Origin: Octopus sinensis
Lineage: Eukaryota
Assembly: GCF_006345805.1 (NCBI RefSeq)
Contig: NC_043009.1
Span: 70,804,001-70,868,000, forward strand
DNA: 64,000 bases
Reading direction: 5' to 3'
Part shown: in pieces, positions 28,719 to 41,609 of the stretch
Layout: each line of letters begins with the position of its first letter
How positions within the stretch are numbered: position 1 is the stretch's first letter
The notes under the pieces: generated by a model
What the model was told of the DNA's origin: nothing
What the model saw: only the letters and a program-made list of their open reading frames with translations
The model's database searches: none
Position numbers and translations under genes: made by a program

Positions 28719-28822
28719 CAGGGCTCATTAGCCACCAACGGAGCCGCAAATGCAAAATATAATTTAGTCCGAGAGGGCAGAATGTTCCTAAAGGTCAGCA
28801 ATGGTCTCATGTATGTATGTAT
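28719..28822 (+). mobile_element. Possible extreme 3' end of an RTE-clade LINE within (TATG)n
   Basis: GLISHQRSRKCKI* resembles the RTE C-terminal GLxSHxRxH finger; ~50 bp UTR, then TATG repeats. Confidence 0.45.
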
Positions 28823-28847
28823 GGATGTATATATATAATAATATATC

Positions 28848-28883
<36 letters not shown>

Positions 28884-29504
28884 ATATATAGTGAGAGAGA
28901 GAAAGAGAGTGATGGACACACACACACACACAGACATATATATATAATCTTTATAAATGATATGTGTAGAATAGCAAAGAGAAACATAATACGAAAATCG
29001 TTCATTTTCTTTGTTAGTTAAACATTTAAGATGCAAAATAATTTTGTCATATATCAAAACATTTGACATTTAGGCTTTATAAATTGACAAACCGTAATAT
29101 AATAATTGATTGATAATGTATTCATAAATTAATTAAAGAGTCTATGTTGTGCTCATGCCAACGTTTACCATTTCAAATGCTACGCATGCAGCACAATCAA
29201 ATATTAATGAAGCACTTCCAGTATAGACTATCACTGACAATGTTCTGCCATAGCTGAGAAAGAAATTCCTGTCAGAAATCTCCATGTACGCTAATACGTT
29301 CGCCAGTTTTGCTTTGAGCTCAAGTTTTATCACTCATGCCGCAAGCACACGCATACACACATTTGTGTTTTAAACGTATATACATCCATATCTATATGAG
29401 AAGTATACGCTTACATAGATAGGAATATAGAGAGAGAAATAAAGGATTTAGGAACAGAGCACAAAAGAAAATGTGGTTTGGGAGAAAGAAATAGAGAAAT
29501 GGTT

Positions 29505-29982
29505 AAAGTAGAAGGAGAAGAAGAAGAGGGAGGAGGGGAGGGGGAGAGGAGGAGGAGGAGAAGAAGAAGAAGAAGAAGAAAAAGAAAGAGAAGACGAAGA
29601 AGAAGAAGAAGGAAAAGAAGACGAAGAAGAAGAAGAAGGAAAAGAAGAAGAAAAAGAAGACGAAGAAGAAGAAGGAGAAGGAGGAGGAGAAGAAGGAGGA
29701 GAAGAAGGAGGAGGGGCGGGGGGAGAAGAAGAAGGGGGAGGGGGGGAGGAGAAGAAGGAGGGGCGGGGGAGAAGAAGAAGGGGGAGGGGAGGAGGAGAAG
29801 AAGAAGAAGAAGAAGAAGAAGGAAAAGAAGAAGGAAAAGAAGACGAAGAAGAAGAAGGAGAAGGAGGAGGAGAAGAAGGAGGAGGGGAGGGGGAGAAGAA
29901 GAAGGGGGAGGGGAGGAGGAGGAGGAAAAGAAGAAGGGGGAGGGGAGGAGGAGGAGAAGAAGAAGAAGAAAAAGGAAGAGAA

Positions 29983-30023
<41 letters not shown>

Positions 30024-30205
30024 AGGAAGAGAAGAAGAAGAAGAGGAGGAGGAGAAGAAGAAGAAGAAGAAGAAGGAAGAAGAAGAAGAAAGAAGAAGAA
30101 GGAAGAGAAGAAGAAGAAGAAGAAGAAGAAGAAAAAGAAGTAGAAGAAGAAGAAGAAGAAGAAGAAGAAGGAGAAGAAGAAGAGGAAGAAGAAGAAGAGG
30201 AAGAA
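29505..30205. repeat. ~700 bp polypurine (GAA/GGA)n tract with internal higher-order duplications
   Basis: Almost exclusively A and G on the + strand. Confidence 0.95.
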
Positions 30206-30210
30206 TAATA

Positions 30211-30339
30211 ATTAACAAGCATATAACGTGTCTGTATTGTGTTACTTGATAATTCCTCCAAGCATTCTATAGCACAATGTAAAGAGTGTTGGATAAACGG
30301 CAGAAGAAAGGAGAATGTATTGATAGACATTGGCGCTCT
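30211..30339 (+). repeat. 129-bp dispersed repeat, copy 1
   Basis: 126/129 identical to 53298-53426 by manual alignment. Confidence 0.9.
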
Positions 30340-30344
30340 GTTGG

Positions 30345-30570
30345 GCGGCGCAGGAATGGCTGAGGTAAGAAATTTGCTGTCCAGCCACATGGCTCCAGGT
30401 CCAGTGCCACTGCACAGGCTTTCCAGATTCTTCTGAGCAGATTTGGCTGGTGGAAACTGAAAGAAGCACATCGAACATACACACCAACGCACACACACAC
30501 ACACACACATTGTATTCTTCCGTTAAGGTTGTATCAACAAAATGTAAATCCAGTGTGTATGCACGTGCGA

Positions 30571-30605
<35 letters not shown>

Positions 30606-30626
30606 AGTGTGTGTGTATGCACGTGC

Positions 30627-30674
<48 letters not shown>

Positions 30675-30880
30675 ATGCACGTGCGAGTGCGTGTGTGTGT
30701 TTAATCCACCTCCACAGCTGGAAAACCGGTGTCGATTTGTTTAAGTTCCAGCATGTTGGTGTTCAAGTATCGGTCTTTTGAATACATCCTGGGGTCGATG
30801 TGTCCGAGTAAACTCTCGATTGTGGTGCGCCATTGTAGTCACAGTCCATCGATTTAATCAAGTAAAAGATTAAAGATAAA
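30345..30880 (+). mobile_element. Degenerate type 1 SINE interrupted by (CA)n/(TG)n
   Basis: gcaggaatggctg..gtaagaaatttgc, gatttgg..ggaaactgaaagaagc, aaccggtgt, ggggtcgat, tail caagtaaaagattaaaga. Confidence 0.65.
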
Positions 30881-33149
30881 GAACACACACGCGCACACAA
30901 GCACACACTCACTCACACACACACACACGCATATATTATAAATAAACACTGTACGCATGCAATACGTATACACACGTGTGTGTGTTTGACGAATAGGAGC
31001 GACACGAAAGTAAAGTTTAACTGAAACGAGACAGAAAGAAAACCAAATATGAAGATTAGAAAAACTGACCGATGAAAAAAAATTATGATTGATTTTATTT
31101 TTAGACGGCAGTTCGATTTGTATCAATAAAATATGTTTTCAATTCTTTTCATCGTTTTACTTTTGATTTGCTTTTTCTTTGCTGTTTACAATTTTTTTTT
31201 TCCGCCTTTGAATTTTGATAAAGATCGGCCGAAATACTCATTTTTTCTCTTCTTTTAACTCTTTTCAGTTTCGTGCCAAATCATATCATCACAGCTCACT
31301 TTACGCCTCTACTATTATGGAAATGTTACACAGCTATTTTCCTCGCTCTTATTGTTGCCTGTGGTCTTATAATGATGTTGTTGTAGAGTTATGCTTTTGT
31401 TGAATCTCCTTTCGTTTTCATTCTTTTCCTTTTTTCTTTCTTCTTTTGCTTTTCCATCTTTGCACATGTACTATGATGATAATATGCAGTTATCACTAAA
31501 CTCGACGAAGGGATTTTTTGATTTTTTTTTTAATTCGTGAGTCATAATCTCTTTCAACGGTAATGCAGTCAACTGATTTTTATTTTTATTTTGTTTTGTT
31601 GCAATTTATTTATTTATTTATTTATGGCTACCTTTTATCAATGTAGAGAAAAAACATTCAATACCACCACTCTTCTATTTCATGTCACTTGAATTTTCTT
31701 TCTTTCATCTATTTTTCATTTCTTTTTTATGGTTAGTAGATGAACGATAGTACTGCGGTAATATATACCAGAACAATGATGAAACGAAATTTCTATTTTT
31801 TAACCTTCAATTCAAAAATTACAAAAATATTTTTCAATTCATATTTACTAATATTATATTTAGTTTTGAAATTTAAATTTCGTTTGTCACTTTAGCACTC
31901 TGTGAACGAAAAGAAAAAATTAAACTACTATGATATAGTAACACGTTCGCCATTGTTCTCGTCTTTGTGACAGCACAGGGTTTGAAATAAACCGGTAATT
32001 TGAATAGCTACGTTTTCTACTGATCTCCATTTACTATTGATCTTAGCTGCTCAATTAATATATACTGTAGCTTTTGCGATTCGGAAAGACACTCTATGTG
32101 ACGGTTTGGTCGGGCAAAACTATCATGTATATCTTCCTCAGATAACACCCCACCGTCTTTGAATGCGATAGATTGGATAATATGGTTGAGGGTTACTTAA
32201 GCATAGGAACAAACATCATGGTCACTGTTGGATATCCTTTGAACATAGGTCTTCCCACCAAGGTGAATTTGAGGTTAAATAATATCATTAACAAATGAAG
32301 CATCGAGGAGTCAACCAGAGGAACTTATGCAGAGTCACTTGATCTGCTGGAGATGGCAAACAATTCTCCCCAACTGTCCTCACTACACTACTTTGGTCAT
32401 AGCTAAGCAGCTAGAAGCAAACATAAAGATCTCTATAACAATAACTGCATCAAGAGGGAACATCTACGAGCTAAGTATGTTATAATACAAAGAAGAATAT
32501 AAAAGCATTTACTACTTTTGTCTTTGGATCTGCAAACAAAGTCGAGCTGATCCTAACGGAAAGGCTTTTCTTTAGGTCTATACCTTCAAAGTGATTCTGA
32601 GAGCAAGCACATGTAACTGTAACATCGAAGTAAGTAATTACCAGCTTTGAAATAACCATCCACAATCTCGAAGAAACTAGAGTTTTGTATGAAAATCTTT
32701 AACTGTTGTAGAAATACGACTGAGTGCTTCTTATTCTTAACTGCACAAAGGTGGCCGAATAGTGGTGGGGCAGTAGTGTCCCTTCAACCGATTCAGAGAG
32801 AAAGACGATGATGAAAAAACGCCACCAACGTTTCGCTTGTACTTTCACGAATCGATTGTGAAGGGATCAAAGAAAATGGAACTTAGTACGATATTTGAAC
32901 TTAGAACGCAAAGTACCGGCAAAACTACTGCAAGGTAATTTATTGAATGGAAAGAAAAAAAAACAAGATCAAAATAAAGTAGAAGAGAACCAAGAATGCA
33001 GCGAAGGTCATAAATATACGAAGTGATTTCCATATCAATTTAGGATTGCTATGGTAGTAGGCCTCATGTTTAAACTGCAGAGCTTTTAGGTAGCTTTTAA
33101 TCTTTCACCTTCGTCATGTTTGGTATGAAATAAGTATCATATCTCTGTT

Positions 33150-34080
33150 AAAAAAGACGCATCTAGTAGACACGACCTTGATTTCAAACTGCTGAAAAGC
33201 TTGTTTGGTCTAGGCTCGCGGTTTTATTTCACAACGAGACGAAATAGATGAGTTTCATTTCACATTCCAGCTTATGAAATTAGTTTAGCAATATTAAGCA
33301 TCGATGCAACCTTAATTTGTGGTGATAGAAACATGAAAGTAAACACTTCATTGTTCTGGAATTGTAAATGATGCGAGAATCTAAAGGTTCAATGAGGCAA
33401 CTAACAGCATGAACGCTGCTTGAGTCATTTGAGTCTTCAACGAAATAAATACCTAAAAGTTTTCATGCGTCATTGGCACTGTCTAAACTATTAAACGCAG
33501 GATCGCTACGATTCGATTAGCCTTAACGGTGGAACATATTACGTGGCATCAACAACTGTTCGTACTTCTTGCAGGAAAATTCTGAGGTTAAAAAGAATAT
33601 TGCAGGATGCTGAAATGGTGTATTTTCTTATTATGTATGCCGGTCTCAGTGTTCATCGTGTATGAGATTAAAACAAAGATATCAGAATGTGAAAACTTCA
33701 CTGATTCTGTCCTCGGAAGACGCTTTCATTTCAAAAGTAGCCAAGTCTGAATATAATTGCAAATAAAAGCCAGATCACTGGACCAGTGGTTGTCGCTAGA
33801 TTCTTGCTGTAGGCAAATGCTAAATTTTACGTAGAAGGTGTACTCCAAATATTCTGTGGTTCTTCGGTTATGCCTTTTAAGGAGTCCTCACATTCGCTAC
33901 ACCCGGCTTGTAAGTAGAACATACAGCCGATTTACAGAATCTCAATATCGTCATCCTCTAAAATTCAAGCTACTTGGGGACTGTCACTGTTTTGAATGTA
34001 AGGTCGTTGTATTTGTGGCGGCTGAGGTGACGATGGCGGCAGGAAACAAGATACTGTATATTGAATATGCGTAATATCGT
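33150..34080 (+). mobile_element. Possible highly decayed hAT (ZMYM1/Tip100-like) transposase relic
   Basis: Ordered remnants D.TT.ISN..EKL (~33170), KYLKVFMRHWHCLNY*TQD (~33447; cf. PKAxYxHCxxHxLNLxxQD) and CP.. (~33707; cf. LCPTRW); many disruptions. Confidence 0.35.
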
Positions 34081-34257
34081 AAAAACTGAGACGAGATAAA
34101 AATCCAGTTTCAATAAGCTACAAACAGACACATGTATTCATATGCACGAAACGCACACAGACATAGACACACGTACACACATACACATATACATGTATTT
34201 ATAATCACACATATACTCGGTATGATTAATGAACTGGTTAAGTTATCTGTAATAGAG

Positions 34258-34289
<32 letters not shown>

Positions 34290-35170
34290 ATGATGCAATA
34301 CCAAATCTATATTATGAGGACAACCACGTTTCTCTTTTTTCTGCCTGTCCATCAAAATATACCCTAAGATCAAGATATATTTCAAGTAATTTACTTCCAG
34401 GAACACAATAAAAATCTGAGAATTTATTCAATTTATTCATCGAATTCGCAAATGCATAAAGCAAATAGAAAAATAAAGTTTGACCTTCATTCTGTGGTCA
34501 AAATGGATGAAAGGGAAAACGCTCAGGTGGGAATACAGAAAAGAGAAATATTCTTCAAATAGCAACGGGTTTAATACAACTTCTCACGGTAAGACGGTTT
34601 ATCCTCCCGTAAACTCATTTCGATTTATTACATGCACTTCCTTCGAGAATTTGAAAATATTTAATTTTGGGTTTAGTAAACAAATTTACGGGAACATTCT
34701 ATTGGTACAACAGGTAATTCTGCAGTTTGTTAAGTAAATACTTATATTTTATACTTTAAAATTTGTTGATAAAGTAGAAAAACGTTTATTTTATACTTAA
34801 AAGTTTGTTGATATCTTGAAACTTTTCCGATCGTGAATAAAATATAATTCACGAACACTTATCATTGCCGCCCTCCTTAAGCTCGTAAAAAGATTTTCCC
34901 AAAGTATTTCACTAAAATCTAATGTTCAGAAATACGGACAAAATCATTGTTTAAAACATTCTTTATGATATTCATCGTCCTCCAAAACTATTACTTTACC
35001 ATCTTCATGGGCGTCTTGCTTCAAAAAGCTGTTAACTCTCTTTCGAATCAGTTTGAAAATTGCCTGGTGATAATGAAAGTAACATGAATGCAGCTTAAGG
35101 AGAAATCAGCTAAGCAGGGTATACACGCGTGCGCGCGCGTAAATGTGTGTGTGCGCGCGCGTGTGTGTGT

Positions 35171-35222
<52 letters not shown>

Positions 35223-35779
35223 TGAGTTTGCAGAATATGAATAAAATATTTTCAAAATAAATGTTTATAGTTCAGCAATATTAAAAAATCATTCATTATG
35301 CCTCTTCTGTTCAGAAACAAACTAAATTTCATTTAAAAAAGCCCTAAATTTAACACTTAAAGTGTGAACATGAAAATAGGTGTATATTTCATCTATTGTT
35401 TGTACTTAAATTGAATATATTTTACATTAAAGATAACATTTTAAATAGACAAACCATTTCAATATAAAATCTTACAGTTTAGTTATTATATTTTGTGGAA
35501 AACTGAGGAATTACAAGAAGCCACATGTTTAACTGAAAACGTTATGTATTTTATGTAAGATATGAAGAGTGGCGTGAAACGCAAGCACTGCTGCAGATTT
35601 ATTGCCCGCTTACACAGAAAGACAGACGATGGCAATTTCCAGAAAATTGCGATAGTTGGTTAGTAAATTTGCTAATACCACTGTCTCACAACATCTATAA
35701 ACTTGGACAGTTCAGTTCATCTTGACCATCGGCGGGCATGAGTTGTAATTTTTAAGAAAGGAAACACTGAGTTTATCCC

Positions 35780-36630
35780 AGAAACCGCTATTATTGGAAA
35801 TAAGAAGGTGAGGCTTGTGTAGGATGGAAGATTGAGAAGATAAAGCGATGTACAAGGATTTGAGACTGAAAGAACCTGGAAATAGGTGGATAAAGAAAAG
35901 AATGCATGGAGAATTTCATAGGGAAGATAAGACAGACAGAGAAAAAAGATGGCTATGGATGACTAAAAGTGATTTAAAACTGGAAACGGAGGCTCTAATC
36001 TGTGCTTCCCAAGAGGAAGCACTAAGAACCACTCACATCAAATGCAGAATAGACAGCACATCAGAAAGTGATAAGTGCAGAATTTGTGGACAAAATGGTG
36101 AAACCGTATGACATATTACTAGTTAATGTACGCCACTAGCACAGAAAGAATATAAGAGACGTCATGACGACATAGCAAGGATTGACCATTGGACACTTTG
36201 TAACAAGTATGGACTTGACAGAACAAAATAGTACGAACATAAACCCGAAAGCATTATCGAAAATGATAAAGGAAAAATCCTATGGGACTCTATGATTCAG
36301 TGCGACCATGAGATATAAAATAGGAAACCAGGCTTAGTGTTAATTGAGAAAGAAAGCAAACGATACTAGATCATAGATATATCCAGCTGACAACAAGGTA
36401 TGCGATAAAGAAGAAAGAAAAGTCGACAGATATGACAGGTTAGCTTGGAACGTTAATCAGTTGTGGTCGCTGAAAAAGGTGGTAGTAATACCAATAGTTG
36501 TCAGAACCCGGGGAATATGGGTAAAAATGGAGCAAATGGGGCTGCAATAAGGGTGGAGCACTTGTAGAAAACAGTACAGTACTGCTTGGAACTGCTCGAA
36601 TCCTCCGGGTGATGCTCGAAAAAAAAGGGT
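35780..36630 (+). mobile_element. RLE-type LINE 3' region, family A (CCHC + RLE)
   Basis: WIKKRMHGEF, WLWMTKSDLKLETEALICASQEEALRT, CRICGQNGETV*HITS*C, KEYKRRHD, ILWDSMIQCDHEI.NRKP, LLGTARILR. Paralogue of 3461-3802. Confidence 0.9.
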
Positions 36631-36714
36631 ATGGCCTTAGTTCATAGGTAGTGTGGTGGGAACTCAAACCACCTTCAGTGCTTGAAAATGACCACATCTC
36701 ACTTCTCTGAAACT

Positions 36715-37221
36715 TCCTCATTCAAACTGACAAAAAATAAATGTGAATAGGCCAGACATTATATTGAAATACTTCAGACAAAAGTCATGTCTCCTCATTG
36801 GTATGACTGTCTCAATCGATATAAACGTATCTGTCAAGACCTACCAGAAACTGAGCAAGAATAGATTGGCTAAATGTGGAACCTGAAGACTTAAACAATA
36901 CCTGTTGTCACAGGTACCCTAGGAATGATAGCAAAAGGGTCTGATTCCTACCTAACTCAGATAGCAGGAAACCCCAGAATGGCAGAAATTCAAAAGATAA
37001 TGCTCATGGGAACTGCTCATATCCTACGCAAAATACTTTCTATGTAATCTCAAATTTTAAAAGAAACTCATTATTTTCTTATGGTTTCTTAAACATTCTC
37101 TAGAACAATACTATGTGCAAAACCAAATATATGATACCCTAGGTATAACACCAACATGAACGTCTAACTTGTTACCTCTTGCGGTCTCTGTGTGAGACTT
37201 GAGCCAACTTGCACAAATACA

Positions 37222-37265
<44 letters not shown>
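36715..37265 (+). mobile_element. RLE-type LINE 3' end, family B, with (TAA)n tail
   Basis: IQTDKKINVNRPDIILK, IDINVSVKTYQKLS, EIQKIMLMGTAHILRKILSM*; the 3' UTR matches 5800-5980. Confidence 0.9.
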
Positions 37266-37266
<1 letters not shown>

Positions 37267-37311
37267 CCTTTCTACTATAGGCACAGGGCCTGGAATTTTG
37301 GGTGAAGGGGA

Positions 37312-38030
37312 GAGCACTATAATGGCAGCGCAAGACCAAGCTTTGGCCACGAACTGTAGGGTCAACTTTTGGAATGTGGAAGTGTGTACGCTGTGCCGCA
37401 TATGCAATAGAATGGATGAAACCGTTGTCCATATCACGAACAAATGCCCTTGACTTGCACAAAACCACTACAAATTGTGGTGACATTATTAGGTAGCGAA
37501 AGTGCTCCATTGAAAACTGTGCGAAAAGTGAGGGCTACAGAGTAGCAAGAAGTGATATGAGCACAGACTTAAGAGAGGGGTGGAGTCGGAGACTAGCAAG
37601 ATCCTCTGGGACTTCCCAATCGAAACAAATCAGGTGCTAGAGTATAATAGACAGAACCTAGTGGTGGTCGACCAGATGCACCACATGTGTTATATAGTTG
37701 ATGGTGCATGCCTCTTTGACCCACGAATGGTCAAGATGGAAGGCGAAGAGAATTTATGAATACAACCTTCTGGGACCTTGGGAATAGTATCAGAAGACAT
37801 CAAGAGAAATATAGAGGAAATTGGAATAAAGTGCTCAGTAGAACTGTTACAAAAGGTTTCCTGATTATTCTGGCCATACCAAGGAGGCCCTTGGACCTGC
37901 CAGAATAATCAGGAAAGTATTAGTTAGCTAGAAAAAAAAAACGGATAGCATTGATTTGTAGGTTGCAAGTACAAGCCTGCTACACATTTAAGACCCCAGG
38001 AGTTCCAAAAAACCTGTAGTAATAGAAATA
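37312..38030 (+). mobile_element. RLE-type LINE 3' region, family C
   Basis: ESTIMAAQDQALATN, LCRICNRMDETVVHITNKCP, ILWDFPIETNQVLEYNR. The 3' part and UTR match 52290-52545. Confidence 0.85.
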
Positions 38031-38036
38031 CAAATA

Positions 38037-38250
38037 ATCCTTTCTACTCTAGCACAAGGTCTGAAATTTTGGGAAAGGGGGATCGTCAATTACATCGACA
38101 CCAGTACACAACTGGTACTTAGTTTATCAACCCTGAAAGGATGAAAGGCAAAGTTGACCTCGGCGGAATTTGAACTCGGAATATAGGAACGGACGAAATG
38201 CTGCTAAACTTTTCACCCAGCGTGCTAACAATTCTGCCAGCTCACCGCCT
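38037..38250 (-). mobile_element. tRNA-derived SINE (type 2, MetaSINE-like central domain)
   Basis: Minus strand AGGCGGTGAGCTGGCAGAATTG (A box-like), GAGTTCAAATTCC (B box) and GCCTTTCATCCTTTCAGGGTTGATAAACTAAGTACCAG. Confidence 0.85.
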
Positions 38251-38309
38251 CAATAATGATAATAATAATAATAATAATGATAATAACAATAATAATAATA
38301 ATAATAATG

Positions 38310-38382
<73 letters not shown>

Positions 38383-38447
38383 TGATAATAATAATGATGA
38401 TAATAATAATAATAATAATGATGATAATAATAATAATAATAATGATG

Positions 38448-38490
<43 letters not shown>

Positions 38491-38600
38491 TGATGATGAT
38501 GATAATCCTCATCAGCATCATCTTCATCCTCGTCGTTGGCGTCGTCGTAGTCATCATCCTGATCAATATCCTCATCACCATCGTCAGCACATTCCTTATT
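38251..38600. repeat. (AAT)n array grading into (GAT)/(CAT)n
   Basis: Seen directly in sequence. Confidence 0.95.
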
Positions 38601-39093
38601 GTCATCACCGTAGAGCCATCTTTGGAAGCAGGAGTAGCCTCACAAGTGTTAATGCACTTGACGACGGGAACAATGGTAATTACCATCAAACTAGCGACGG
38701 AAAGTTTCTTAACAGCGAAAGTTTCTTCTGAGAAAATTAGTTGCCGAAGAAACAAACTTTAACTGCTTTCTTTGTTGAAGAAAGGATTAGATTAGGACAT
38801 CACCTCCTGACAAGTGAGCAGCAGATATGGCACTCAATAATAACAAACAAATAAGATTAGTACTGACCTTTAACTCAGTTTATTAAACTACATATATCAT
38901 AATTAGTTTTCGGTGTGAGAGCCATAGAAATTACGGAACTAATTCACTCGTTCACACACTCGCCCTCTTTTGTATCACATTTTTCAAAATATCCATTCCG
39001 TTATTTCTATCTTTATCAAATTAAATCTCTCTCACTCTCTCTCTTCTCCTTTTCTCTCTCTCTCTCTTTACACACACACGCACACACACACAG

Positions 39094-39131
<38 letters not shown>

Positions 39132-39708
39132 GCGTATACGTACTCACATATATGGCTATACACATACATATATACATACAAACACACTCACATATGTATG
39201 TATGTATGTATGTATGTATGCATGTATGCATGTATGTATGTATGTATGTATGTATGTATGCATGTATGTATGTATGTATGTATGTATGTATGTATGTATG
39301 TATGCATAGATGTTTGTCTAGATATCTTCGTACGTATCGTATGCCCGAGAGATAAGAGCGTATAGTTAGCTGGTTAGATAAAGAGACAGACAGCCAGATA
39401 ATCTCGGCCGAAGAAGCATTAAATCTTTGTCCTACATAAGACTGAGAATCAGCTTCTATCCAACTCGCTAACTTTGTCTAATATCCATCACCTGTACACA
39501 GAATTCAATTTTATACAATCTGCACTTGTAGAATCTGTCACTAAAGTAGTCATATCTGGAGGGGCATTTCTAAGGATTGACCACGCTCTGCTACAAGAAA
39601 TATTAATTCAGAAAGACATTAAATAACTAGTGAATGCGTGTAACACTTTCGTAATAAGATTTTGTGTGTGTTTATGATTATGTTTAAGTATGAGTGTTAC
39701 ACTACATA

Positions 39709-39741
<33 letters not shown>

Positions 39742-39912
39742 TGGGGTCTGCTTCGTTACTGAGAAGACATTTTATAAATGCAAATCATATCAGGATTATA
39801 ACTTGTTTTTTCTTTCTTATATTTACACATGGTATTAACAGTGATGTTTATTATGACAATGATTATGATAATGACGACGACGACGATGATGATGATGATG
39901 ATGATGGTGATG

Positions 39913-40123
39913 TTCCTTTCTACTATAGGACCAAGGTCTGAGATTTGTGGGGAGGCGACTAGTCGATTTCATTGATTCCCAGTGTTTCACTGGTACTTAA
40001 TTTATCAAAGGATGAAAAGCAAATTTGACCTCAGCGGAATTTGAACACACATGGTAGCGACTGGCGAAATACCGCTAAGCATTTTTCGTCCAGCGTGCTA
40101 ACGATTCTGCCAGCTCACCGCCT
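39913..40123 (-). mobile_element. Type 2 SINE copy
   Basis: Colinear with 38037-38250 (cctttctacta...ggatgaaa.gcaaa.ttgacctc.gcggaatttgaac...tctgccagctcaccgcct). Confidence 0.85.
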
Positions 40124-40189
40124 TAAAAAAATGAACTTGAGAGTGCTTATGATTTCCGGTCCCGACCAGCAAACGAGAGAGAAGAATCC

Positions 40190-40612
40190 CTACTCTGCAT
40201 AGAAATATATGCTCAGTTCTACCGTGAAACCAATAAAGTAAATGACAAGGTAGCATCATGGAGGTAGATCAGCAAGAGTGACCTAAAAAAGAAAACTGAA
40301 AGCCTAATCCTCGCTGCACAGGACCAGGCATTGAAAAAGGGGATGTACTACACACAAGTGCAACGAACCTTTGCAGAATGTGGGAAGAGAGTCGAAAGCG
40401 TGACTCACGTTGTTAGTGCTTGTGAAATTCTTGCGCAGAAAGAGTACAAGCGCAGACACGACAAGGTAGCCCAAAACCTTCACTGGCTACTATGCCAGAA
40501 GTATGAATATGAGGTAACGGGTGCTTGGTACCAACATACACCAGAAAAGGTAATGGACGAAAAGGGAAGGCAAAAGTCCTCTGCGACTTTGACTTTCAGA
40601 CAGACAAGATAT
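40190..40612 (+). mobile_element. RLE-type LINE fragment (zinc-knuckle region)
   Basis: KSDLKKKTESLILAAQDQAL, ECGKRVESVTHVVSACEILAQKEYKRRHDKVAQNLHWLLCQKY, DFDFQTDK. Confidence 0.85.
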
Positions 40613-40659
40613 AGTAACCTTTAGGAGCTCCAAGAGCAGCTAATATATATATAAACTAA

Positions 40660-40888
40660 TTTGAGCTAGTTTTGCTCAGTCCGTTCCAGCTCGCATTACA
40701 TAGTAAACAATGCGACCATCGATCACTGATGTGCCACAAGCAAAGTAGCCAGTTGGAAAATCTCATTCCGAGATGAGAGTAGTAACTATACTAACGAGTA
40801 AAGTTAATCAGCACCTGGCTACTTTGCTTGTTATAAGCACACAACACACACACACACGCACACACAAACACACACATTCATATATATA

Positions 40889-40923
<35 letters not shown>

Positions 40924-41108
40924 AGAAGTTGAAAATGAACTGCAATTCGTTTAGATTTTCCCTTTAAACGTTTTTAATGACAACCGGTTTCAGATTTCTC
41001 TGGTATTCAAAAAAAGATTAAAAAATGACGTTTGAGCTATGCTGCCACTCTTATGCTCTGACTGGAATTCAAAAATTGTCTTGATTTTATGGAGTGTATA
41101 TGGCTTAA

Positions 41109-41204
<96 letters not shown>

Positions 41205-41421
41205 TATAACAAGCAAAGTAGCCAGGTGCTGATTAACTTTACTCGTTAGTATAGTTACTACTCTCATCTGGGATTGGGATTCTCCGACTGGCTACTTTGC
41301 TTGTGGCACATCAGAGATCGATGGTCGCATTGTTTACTATGTAATGCGAGCTGGAACGGACTGTGGCCATTTCTCTAGCGGCCGGGTTTTCGCGACTGGG
41401 AATGAGCAAAACTAGCTCAAA
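40660..41421. repeat. Long inverted repeat (~180-220 bp arms), foldback/MITE-like
   Basis: 40660-40842 is the reverse complement of 41197-41421, with ~40 bp extra in the right arm. The ORF track shows the same MRVVTILTSKVNQHLATLLVIST on both strands. Confidence 0.9.
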
Positions 41422-41609
41422 ACCGAGTCGGAGTCGCGATCCCGTCGTCTGCTAGAAGATGGTAGGTGCTTGCTCCCCTGCTTGCAATATATACAGGATG
41501 CAGGCTGCACCAGCTGGCGGAAGATTTGCCTGGGGTTAAAACAGAAGTTACATCGAACAGCCATATAGATGTAGCGATTAACACAAAGCCCCTCTTAATA
41601 TTTTTTATC

